From Candidatus Rokuibacteriota bacterium (GTDB lineage: Bacteria > Methylomirabilota > Methylomirabilia > Rokubacteriales > CSP1-6), in NCBI GenBank assembly GCA_016184305.1, contig JACPCX010000064.1, forward strand, positions 1 through 10,638: 10,638 bases of DNA, given 5' to 3'. This document shows positions 1-6,707 of this stretch, piece by piece (within the stretch, counting starts at the first letter, position 1; each line of letters opens with the position of its first letter). Made by a program: the position numbers and the translations under genes. The notes under the pieces were generated by a model that saw nothing but the letters and a program-made list of their open reading frames with translations, made no database searches and was not told the origin of the DNA.

Positions 1-308
1 CCGCACTGCAGTCCGTGGTGCTCGCGGAAGGCCTCCTGCAGCGGGTGGAGCGTGCCGTTCTGCATCAGGCCCTCGACCGTGAGGATCTCGCTGCCGTCGG
101 CCTGCACCGCGAGCATGATGCACGAGCGCGCCGCCTCGCCGTTCAGCATGATCGTGCAGGCGCCGCAGATCCCGTGCTCGCAGCCGATATGCGTCCCCGT
201 GAGCTCGAGGTCTTCTCTCAAGAAGTCCACCAGGAGCTTCCGCGGCTCGCAGCGCCCCTCATGCGCCACCCCGTTGACCTTGAGCCTGACAGTGACCATC
301 TCAGCCAC
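1..308 (-). CDS. (2Fe-2S)-binding small subunit of a molybdenum hydroxylase (CoxS/HmfC-like), partial, runs off the window start
   Basis: Not in the ORF track; translated by hand from GTG at 308: MAEMVTVRLKVNGVAHEGRCEPRKLLVDFLREDLELTGTHIGCEHGICGACTIMLNGEAARSCIMLAVQADGSEILTVEGLMQNGTLHPLQEAFREHHGLQC. Contains the C-X4-C-X2-C-X11-C motif, TVEGL and LQC. The start overlaps the FAD-subunit stop (GTGGCTGA) and has GGGAG 7 nt upstream. Alternative ATG at 299. Confidence 0.95.
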   Translation of the reverse strand, partial: MAEMVTVRLKVNGVAHEGRCEPRKLLVDFLREDLELTGTHIGCEHGICGACTIMLNGEAARSCIMLAVQADGSEILTVEGLMQNGTLHPLQEAFREHHGLQC

Positions 309-1167
309 GGGCCGCTCCCAGCGCCTGCTTGAGGGCGCGCTTCGTGAGGACGCCGGTGAGGTGGCGGCGGTAGTCGGCGGACGCGTGGATGTCGGCGTCC
401 GGCGAGACGAGCTCCGAGGCGCGGCGCGCCGCCGCCTCGATCGCGGCGTCGGTGAGACCGTCGCGCTCGAGGATCTCCTCGGCGGCACGCAGGCGCAGCG
501 GAACCGGCCCCGCGCCCGCGGTGGTCAGCCGTGCCGTCCTGCAGCGCGGGCCGTCCCGCACGACCATCGCGGCGATCCCGATGATCGCGAAGTCGCCGTG
601 GCGCCGCGCGAACTCCTCCAGCGCGAAGCCCGCGCCTGCCGGCATCGCCGGCATTCTCACCTCGACGAGGATCTCGTCAGGCTCGAGGCTCGTCGTGAGG
701 TACGTCCGGAACAGGTCCTGTGCCTTGATCACGCGCTCGCCCTTCGGTCCGCGCGCAACGACCTCGCCCTCGAGCGCCGTCAGCACCGCCGGGTACTCCG
801 CCGACGGGTCGGCGTGGGCGAGCGAGCCGCCGATCGTCCCGCGCGTGCGGATCGGCAGGTGGCCGACCAGCTTCGTCGCCTCGCGGAGCAGCGGCAGCCG
901 CTCCTTGACGACGGGCGAGAACTCGATCGTCCGCTGGCGCGTCATCGCGCCGAGCCGCACCTGGCCGTTCTGCTCCGTGATGTACGCGAGCGAGGGGATG
1001 CGGTTCAGGTCCACGAGCGCGGCCGGACGGCTCAGCCGGAAGTTGAGCAGCGGCATGAGGCTCTGGCCGCCGGCGAGGACCTTGGCGTCGCCGCCGTAGC
1101 GCTGGAGCAGGACCAGCGCTTCGTCGACGCTCGTCGGCGCGTGGTAATCGAATTTCGGCGGTTTCAT
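301..1167 (-). CDS. FAD-binding medium subunit of a molybdenum hydroxylase (CoxM/HmfB-like)
   Basis: 288 aa. MKPPKFDYHAP start, AGGQSL FAD motif, IRTRGTIGGSLAHADP, RRHGDFA and C-terminal DIHASADYRRHL. ATGA overlap with the large-subunit stop. No [4Fe-4S] insertion. Confidence 0.96.
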   Translation of the reverse strand: MKPPKFDYHAPTSVDEALVLLQRYGGDAKVLAGGQSLMPLLNFRLSRPAALVDLNRIPSLAYITEQNGQVRLGAMTRQRTIEFSPVVKERLPLLREATKLVGHLPIRTRGTIGGSLAHADPSAEYPAVLTALEGEVVARGPKGERVIKAQDLFRTYLTTSLEPDEILVEVRMPAMPAGAGFALEEFARRHGDFAIIGIAAMVVRDGPRCRTARLTTAGAGPVPLRLRAAEEILERDGLTDAAIEAAARRASELVSPDADIHASADYRRHLTGVLTKRALKQALGAARG

Positions 1168-3644
1168 CGTACCGGCGGCCCGGTGGCCGGCCTGGACCCT
1201 GGGTGGCCTGCCGTAGGTGCGGCGGGGCGCCGACCCGCCCGTTCAATCGCCTTCCATAACGTCGAGGGTGTCATCGGCAGCTCGTTGATCCTGATCCCGA
1301 GCGGCGAGAGCGCGTCGCTCACGGCGTTGGCGATGACCGCGGGCACGGTCATCGAGGAGGACTCGCCAAGGCCCTTCGAGCCGAGCGGGGTGAGCGGCGA
1401 GGGCGAGACGACGTGGGCGATCTCGATCGTCGGCGCCTCGCAGGCGGTCGGCACGAGGTAGTCCATGAACGTGCCGGTGAGGAGGTGGCCGTCCTCGTCG
1501 TAGGCCAGCTCCTCGTAGAGCGCGCCGCCGAGTCCGTGGAGCGCGCCGCCGTAGATCTGGCCCTCGGCGATCATCGGGTTGATGATCGTCCCCGCGTCGT
1601 GCACGGTCACGTACCGGAGGATCTTGATCGCCGCGGTCTCCGGGTCCACCTCCACCGCCATCACCTCGGCGATGAAGCCGTAGGTGTTGGAGGAGTTCAC
1701 GCGGTCCTCGGCATCCACCGCCTTCGCCACCGTGAAGCCGAACACGGCCGTCGCCTGGAGCCCCGGTTCCATCCCCTCCGGGAGCGACTCCGTGTTCCAG
1801 TGGGCGCGCCCGGCGAGGTCCTTGACCGAGTACGCCGGCCCCTTCCCCTGCCTCGCCCTGACCGCGCCGTCCCTGAACTCCAGCCGCTCGGGCGGCATGT
1901 CCATCAGATGGGCCGCGTACTCGACGAGCTTCGCCTTGAGCTTGCGCGCGGCGAGGGCGACGGCGCTCGTCCCCACGGAGCCGAAGCGGCTCGAGTAAGT
2001 GCCGGAGGAAATCGACCACACGCGCGTGAACGTGTCCATCTCGTCCACGACCGTGACGTCCTCGGGGACGAGGCCGAGCTCGTCGGCGACGATCTGCGAG
2101 ACGACCGTCTGGTGGCCCTGGCCCTGGGGCGTCGTGCCGAGGATCGCGATGACGCGCCCGAGCGGGTCCACCTTGATCGTCGCCGAGTCCACGGCGCCCG
2201 ACTTCGGCAGGTACTCGGGCTTGGCGCGGAGCTGGGGGTCGAGCGCGGTGGCGACGTAGCCCATATTGGAGACCGACGGGTCCACCGCCAGCGCCAGCCC
2301 GATCCCGAAGTACCGCCCCGCGGCGCGCGCCTTGGCCTGCTCACGGCGCAGCTCGCCGTACTTCGCCAGCTCGAGCGCCTTGTCGAATGCCTGGGGGTAG
2401 TCGCCGGAGTCGTAGAGTCCCCCCGTCGGCGTCCGGTACGGCATCGCCGCGGCCGGGATCAGGTTACGACGCCGCACCTCGACGGGATCGAGCCCGAGCG
2501 TGTCGGCGAGGCGGTCCAGCATGCCTTCGGTCTCGAAGTAGAGGTGGCCGCATGCGTAGCCGCGGTTCGGCCCCGTCAGGCACTTGTTGGTCATGACCGC
2601 CGACGCATCGACCTCGAGATTCTGGAACCGGTAGGGGCCGACGAAATTGCCGGTCGGGCGGAAGCTGCAGCCGGGCTCCGGGCTCCGGATGTAGCCACCG
2701 ACGTTATCGAGCCATCTGAAGCGCATGCCGAGGATCGTGCCGTCCTTCTTCGCGGCGAGCTCGCGGTAGGCCACGCGGTCCGTGCCGGTCGAGGAGGCCA
2801 TGAGGTGCTCGTGGCGGTCCTCGATCCACTTCACCGCCACGCCCGTGAGCTTGGAGGCGAGCGCGATCAGCGCCATGTACGGGTAGATCAGGGACTTGAT
2901 CCCGAAGCTCCCGCCGATGTCCGGCGGCACGATGAAGCGAAGCCGGTTCTCGGGCAGGCCGAGCACACGCGCGGTCAAGGGATGCATGATGAACGGGCCC
3001 ATGAAGTTCGACCACACCGTGCAGACGCCGTCGAGCACGTCCCACCGGGCGATGACGCCGTACGTCTCGATCGGCGTCGAGCCGTACTTCGGGAACCTGA
3101 AGCGCTCCTTGATGACGACGTCGGCGTCGCGGAACGCCCGATCCGGATCGCCGTACACGAGCCGCCGCTTGTTCGCCAGGTTCGAGCCAACCGCCTCATG
3201 GAGAACGGGCGCGTCGGGCTCGAGCGCGCGCTCCGGGTCAACGACCGCCGGCAGCGGCTCGTAGCTCACCTGGACCAGATCCGCGGCGTCCTCGGCGACG
3301 TAACGGTCGCGAGCCACGACGACGGCCACGGGCTCGCCGACGAAGCGTGCCTTGTCGGTGGCCGCGCAGAAATACTGGACGGGCGCCGTGACGCCCACGG
3401 AGAAGGGCTTCGAGTGCTTGAGAACGTCCGCGCCCGTGATCGCGCCGACGACGCCGTCCATCGCGAGCGCGGCGGAAAGATCGTAGCCGAGGATCCGCGC
3501 GTGGGGGTGAGGCGACCGGACGATGGCGGCGTGGGAGAGGTTGGCGACGGGCGGGTGGTCGTCGATGTAGGTGCCGCGCCCGGTGAGAAGCCGGTAGTCC
3601 TCGACACGCTTGACCGACTTGCCGATCCAGCCCTGGTCGCTCAT
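1164..3644 (-). CDS. Molybdopterin-binding large subunit, xanthine dehydrogenase family; most similar to 2-furoyl-CoA dehydrogenase large subunit (HmfA-like)
   Basis: 826 aa from ATG 3644 (MSDQGWIGKSVKRVED). The 31 extra codons in the ORF track span the promoter. Motifs: GGSFGIK, QGQGHQT, GTYSSRF, EGQIYGG and KGLGE (catalytic Glu kept). Segments SNFMGPF..HP, GYIRSPEP, PSVSNMGY, WSISSG.YSSRF and VNSS recall HmfA (from memory). L-M-S gene order matches hmfABC. Confidence 0.93.
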   Translation of the reverse strand: MSDQGWIGKSVKRVEDYRLLTGRGTYIDDHPPVANLSHAAIVRSPHPHARILGYDLSAALAMDGVVGAITGADVLKHSKPFSVGVTAPVQYFCAATDKARFVGEPVAVVVARDRYVAEDAADLVQVSYEPLPAVVDPERALEPDAPVLHEAVGSNLANKRRLVYGDPDRAFRDADVVIKERFRFPKYGSTPIETYGVIARWDVLDGVCTVWSNFMGPFIMHPLTARVLGLPENRLRFIVPPDIGGSFGIKSLIYPYMALIALASKLTGVAVKWIEDRHEHLMASSTGTDRVAYRELAAKKDGTILGMRFRWLDNVGGYIRSPEPGCSFRPTGNFVGPYRFQNLEVDASAVMTNKCLTGPNRGYACGHLYFETEGMLDRLADTLGLDPVEVRRRNLIPAAAMPYRTPTGGLYDSGDYPQAFDKALELAKYGELRREQAKARAAGRYFGIGLALAVDPSVSNMGYVATALDPQLRAKPEYLPKSGAVDSATIKVDPLGRVIAILGTTPQGQGHQTVVSQIVADELGLVPEDVTVVDEMDTFTRVWSISSGTYSSRFGSVGTSAVALAARKLKAKLVEYAAHLMDMPPERLEFRDGAVRARQGKGPAYSVKDLAGRAHWNTESLPEGMEPGLQATAVFGFTVAKAVDAEDRVNSSNTYGFIAEVMAVEVDPETAAIKILRYVTVHDAGTIINPMIAEGQIYGGALHGLGGALYEELAYDEDGHLLTGTFMDYLVPTACEAPTIEIAHVVSPSPLTPLGSKGLGESSSMTVPAVIANAVSDALSPLGIRINELPMTPSTLWKAIERAGRRPAAPTAGHPGSRPATGPPVR

Positions 3645-3655
3645 GGGGGCGCTGG

Positions 3656-3685
3656 ATTCTAGTCGGCCGCGCGCGCGCATGTCAA
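3656..3685 (-). promoter_or_regulatory. sigma70-type promoter of the L-M-S operon (TTGACA-N18-TAGAAT)
   Basis: Minus strand reads TTGACA (3685-3680), 18-nt spacer, TAGAAT (3661-3656), then only 11 nt (ccagcgccccc, no Shine-Dalgarno) to ATG 3644. Confidence 0.8.
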
Positions 3686-3915
3686 GCCGCGTTCGGGCTC
3701 CCAGCCGCCCACGCGCGCCTGAACTCGACTCGCCCAACGTCCGCGCTCTCGACAGTAGAGTCTCGCGATGGCGCTCGCTCCCGCACAGTTTCTGGCTGTA
3801 CCGCGCACGATCTGGCTCTCGCAGAACGCGCGCGCCGGTTCATCGGTGCGCTGCGAGCCGTGGGGCGCCCCGCTCGGCACGGCACCCCCTGGCCCGCACC
3901 GCGTCCCCTCCTCGG

Positions 3916-3941
3916 CGATCTTCGGATCGGGGCGCCCGATC
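3916..3941 (-). terminator. Possible stem-loop immediately after the enolase-family stop codon
   Basis: GATCGGG-gcg-CCCGATC (3925-3941) overlaps an alternative hairpin CGATC-ttcg-GATCG (3916-3929). No U-tract, so a terminator role is uncertain. Confidence 0.25.
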
Positions 3942-5058
3942 ACCGGTGGAGGACGAAGGGTTGGGCGTTCGAAGCCGAGTAGGGGTGGCGGCGGATGGCG
4001 TCCTCGTTGATCTCGACGCCGAGGCCCGGGCCCGCGGGCACCTCCATCCAGCCGTCGCGCGCCACCAGCGGATGGGCGAGGAACGGCGTTTCGTACTCGC
4101 CCGTGGGGAACTCCACGGGCATCGTGCCGCCGAACGTCGCCGCCACGTGGAGCGTGGCCGCCAGCCCGGGGCCGAAGTAGAAGGAGTGCGGGGCGACGGG
4201 CAGATTGGCGGCCTGGGCCAGCGCCGCGATCTTCTTGAACTCGGAGATGCCACCGACCTTGGTGATGCTCGGCTGGAGGATGTCCGCCGCACCGCTTTCG
4301 ATGATCTCGCGGAAGCCGTAGAGCGTGGACTCGTTCTCTCCCGAGGCGATGGGCGTGGCCGTGGCCCGGCAGACGCGAGCGAGCCCCCGGTAGTCCTCGG
4401 GCGGCCACACGGGCTCCTCGAGCCAGAAGAGCCGGTAGGGCTCCAGCGCGCGGGCCATGGCGATGGCCTCGTCCGGCGTCCACGGGCAATTGGTGTCCAG
4501 CATCAGCTCGACGCCGTCGCCCAGCGCCTCCCGCGCCGCGCGCACCGATGCCACGTCGGTCTGGTGGATCTTGAGCCGCGTGAAGCCCTGCGCCGCATAC
4601 TGCTTGCAGGCCTGCGCCACCTCATCCGGCGAGTCATAGCGCAAGAGGCTCGCATAGACGGGCAGGCGCGGTCGCGTGGCCCCGCCCAGGAGCTCGTACA
4701 CGGGCGCGCCGCGGGCCTTGCCGAGGAGATCCCAGAGCGCGATCTCGACGCCGCTGATGGCGAACATGCCCAGGCCCCGCCGCCCGTAGATCATCGTCCC
4801 GCGGTGCATGAGGTCCACGAGGGCCTCGATCCGCGCCGGGTCCTGGCCGATCAGCATCGGCGCCAGGCTCTCGGAGATCACGTTGCACACGGCCAGCGGC
4901 GCGCCATAGGCGAAGGCCTCGCCGAGCCCCACGAGCCCGGCATCGGTGCGGACGCGGACGACGATCTGCTTGCGCGTCCCGGCCGTCCACGAGGACGGCG
5001 GCGTCATGGGCTTCATGGGAATGGCCAGCGCGATGGTCTCGATCGCGGTGATCTTCAT
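3940..5058 (-). CDS. Mandelate racemase/muconate lactonizing enzyme family protein (enolase superfamily)
   Basis: 372 aa. N-terminal GLVGLGEA and AISGVEIALWDLLGK..GAPVYELLGG. Metal ligands D188 (LDTN), E214 (WLEEP) and E241 (SGEN); H291 (APHS); C-terminal PAGPGLGVE. SD-like GGGGGA upstream of the ATG. Confidence 0.95.
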   Translation of the reverse strand: MKITAIETIALAIPMKPMTPPSSWTAGTRKQIVVRVRTDAGLVGLGEAFAYGAPLAVCNVISESLAPMLIGQDPARIEALVDLMHRGTMIYGRRGLGMFAISGVEIALWDLLGKARGAPVYELLGGATRPRLPVYASLLRYDSPDEVAQACKQYAAQGFTRLKIHQTDVASVRAAREALGDGVELMLDTNCPWTPDEAIAMARALEPYRLFWLEEPVWPPEDYRGLARVCRATATPIASGENESTLYGFREIIESGAADILQPSITKVGGISEFKKIAALAQAANLPVAPHSFYFGPGLAATLHVAATFGGTMPVEFPTGEYETPFLAHPLVARDGWMEVPAGPGLGVEINEDAIRRHPYSASNAQPFVLHR

Positions 5059-5165
5059 GTGTCCCCCATGTTCCGATCGAGCGCCGCGCCCATGCAGATC
5101 GAGGCGCCATCGGGGACGAAGCGGGCGACGGCATCCCGCATGGACACGAGCTTGGCCGGCGGCAC
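5055..5165 (-). pseudogene. Truncated remnant of a family I CoA-transferase subunit A (glutaconate CoA-transferase GctA-like N-terminus)
   Basis: Hand translation from GTG 5165: MPPAKLVSMRDAVARFVPDGASICMGAALDRNMGDT*. K(L/V)xSxxDA(V/I)xxFVxDGxS(V/I)xxG is the typical CoA-transferase alpha-subunit N-terminus. Similarity stops after GAAL (about 5079). The TGA overlaps the enolase ATG. High GC3 codon usage. Confidence 0.7.
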
Positions 5166-5171
5166 CCGCCC

Positions 5172-5177
5172 ATATTA
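5172..5177 (-). promoter_or_regulatory. -10 element (TAATAT) 6 nt upstream of the GTG of the CoA-transferase remnant; probable leaderless promoter
   Basis: Minus strand reads TAATAT-gggcgg-GTG. It is the only AT-rich patch locally. No SD and no convincing -35. Confidence 0.5.
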
Positions 5178-5392
5178 CCCCGGTTGGCCACGGGCTGAAC
5201 TCGGTGGGCCCCCACTCCGCTTGGACGAGCCCTCGCGGCAGGTCAGTCCGGGATGCTCATGATCGTCGGTCCCCCTCGGCGTCGTCTCCGTGAGGCCTGG
5301 CCGCCCGGACCCTGGGCGCGGGGCGCCACCTCCGGCCTCGGGCAGGGCGGCGCCCTCGTTCCGGGTCGGCGCACCGAAGACTGCACCTGTTA

Positions 5393-5407
5393 TTATCATG
5401 ATAAAGT
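5393..5407 (+). promoter_or_regulatory. Extended -10 promoter (TGaTAAAGT) overlapped by a perfect palindrome TTATCATGATAA (putative operator)
   Basis: Palindrome at 5393-5404, TG at 5399-5400, TAAAGT at 5402-5407, then 7 nt to ATG 5415 with no SD. AT-rich island in GC-rich DNA. Confidence 0.65.
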
Positions 5408-5414
5408 AAAGTAC

Positions 5415-6569
5415 ATGTTTCCCAGGCGACTGGCCCTGCCCCCGGACCCCGAGCAGTCCTTCTTCCTCTGGGGACCCCGCCAGACGGGCAAGAGCTCGCT
5501 CCTGCGGGCCACCTACCCCGCGGCCATCTGGATCGACCTGCTCAAGACCGATGAGTTCGCCCGCTACGCCCAGCGCCCGGCCCGGCTGCGGGAAGAGCTG
5601 CTGGCCGTCCCGGGCCGGCCCGTCGTGGTGATCGACGAGGTGCAGAAGGTGCCGGCGCTCCTGGACGAGGTCCACTGGCTCATCGAGAACCGCTGGTTGC
5701 GGTTCGTGCTGTGCGGCTCGAGCGCACGCAAGGTCCGTCGCGGCGCCGCCAACCTGCTGGGGGGCCGAGCGGTGCGGCACGAGCTGTACGGCCTCGTGTC
5801 CGCCGAGATCGGCCGCGACTTCGACCTCGAGCGCATGGTCAACCACGGCTACCTGCCGCGCCACTACCTGAGCCGGGCTCCGGCCCCGCTCCTGCGCGCC
5901 TACGTCGACGACTATCTGAAGGAGGAGATCGCCGCCGAGGGGCTCGTGCGCCGGCTACCGGCCTTCGCGAGCTTCCTCTCTGCCGCCGTGCTGTCCGACA
6001 CGGAGATGGTCAACTTCGCCAGCCTTGCCCGGGACTGCGGGGTCTCGGCCCCCACCGCGAAGGAGTATTTCCAGATCCTGGTGGACACCCTCCTGGGTCG
6101 CTTCCTGCCCGCCTACCGCCGCCGCCCGAAGCGCCGCGTGATCCAGGCGCCCAAGTTCTACTTCGCCGACGTGGGCGTCGTGAACACGCTCGCCAGGCGC
6201 GGCCACCTAGCCCCGGGCTCGGAGCTCTTCGGCAAAGCCTTCGAGAACTGGGTGTGCCACGAGCTCACCGCGTACCTCGCCTACCGGAACACCGGCGCCG
6301 ACCTGGCCTACTGGCGTCTCGCGAGCGGCATCGAGGTGGACTTCCTGGTCGCCGACGGGGCCCTCGCCGTCGAGGCCAAGGCCACCGCCAACGTGCACCG
6401 CGACCATCTGGCCGGCCTGCGGGAGCTGGCGCGGGACCACCCGCGCACGCGGCGTCGCGTTGTCGTGTGCCTGGAGCCCAGGCTCCGGCGTACCGAGGAC
6501 GGCATTGACATCCTGCCGGCGCGGGTCTTTGCCGAACGCCTGTGGGCCGACAGGCTCCTGCCAGCCTGA
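5415..6569 (+). CDS. AAA family ATPase with C-terminal DUF4143 (AAA_14 + HTH + PD-(D/E)xK-like domain; COG1373-type)
   Basis: 384 aa from ATG 5415 (MFPRRL). Walker A GPRQTGKS, Walker B VVIDEVQK, CGSS, LLGGRA, HTH-like NFASLARDCGVSAPTAKEYF, KFYFADVG, FENWV and nuclease-like EVDFLV..AVEAK. The upstream extension from 5253 is low-complexity and spans the promoter. Confidence 0.93.
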   Translation: MFPRRLALPPDPEQSFFLWGPRQTGKSSLLRATYPAAIWIDLLKTDEFARYAQRPARLREELLAVPGRPVVVIDEVQKVPALLDEVHWLIENRWLRFVLCGSSARKVRRGAANLLGGRAVRHELYGLVSAEIGRDFDLERMVNHGYLPRHYLSRAPAPLLRAYVDDYLKEEIAAEGLVRRLPAFASFLSAAVLSDTEMVNFASLARDCGVSAPTAKEYFQILVDTLLGRFLPAYRRRPKRRVIQAPKFYFADVGVVNTLARRGHLAPGSELFGKAFENWVCHELTAYLAYRNTGADLAYWRLASGIEVDFLVADGALAVEAKATANVHRDHLAGLRELARDHPRTRRRVVVCLEPRLRRTEDGIDILPARVFAERLWADRLLPA

Positions 6570-6585
6570 GGGTGGCGAGAGCCGC

Positions 6586-6601
6586 GGGCGGCACGCCGCC
6601 C
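6586..6601 (+). terminator. GC hairpin downstream of the AAA ATPase stop
   Basis: GGGCGG-cacg-CCGCCC begins 17 nt after the stop and is followed only by CTT, so the U-tract is weak. It abuts the -35 of the next promoter. Confidence 0.3.
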
Positions 6602-6602
6602 C

Positions 6603-6637
6603 TTGACAGGCCTCGGGTGACTTTAGTAATACTTAAT
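6603..6637 (+). promoter_or_regulatory. sigma70-type promoter of the S-L-M operon with an overlapping imperfect palindrome
   Basis: Perfect TTGACA at 6603-6608. AT-rich -10 region TAGTAATACT (6624-6633; exact hexamer ambiguous). Dyad TTtAGTAaTACTtAA at 6622-6636. SD AGGGGA 7 nt before ATG 6708. Confidence 0.65.
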
Positions 6638-6707
6638 CGGCATTTCGTAGTCCGGTAATCCATCCGAAGGCGATCGCGCGGGGGGAGACGCCCCAGGGGA
6701 CGAGCCC

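Noticed and set aside
1..3644. Aerobic carbon monoxide dehydrogenase (coxLMS) assignment
   Set aside because: The large subunit lacks AYRCSFR (form I) and AYRGAGR (form II), and the gene order is L-M-S rather than M-S-L or S-L-M.
3645..3737. N-terminal extensions in the ORF track (starts at 3737, 5253 and 6842)
   Set aside because: The extensions are low-complexity and run through promoters or the upstream gene. Family homology begins at 3644, 5415 and 7181.
5232..5277. Minus strand SD (GAGGGGG) plus ATG giving MSIPD*, with LTCRE in the adjacent frame, reminiscent of a zf-HC2 anti-sigma N-terminus
   Set aside because: Only five residues of similarity, it needs a frameshift, and no HxxxCxxC follows. 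Too weak to call a pseudogene.
1194..5372. Shared 10-mers (GGACCCTGGG, GCGGGGCGCC) between the Mo-subunit 3' tail (about 1194-1236) and the 5300-5370 intergenic region
   Set aside because: Short, GC-rich and differently spaced; consistent with chance.
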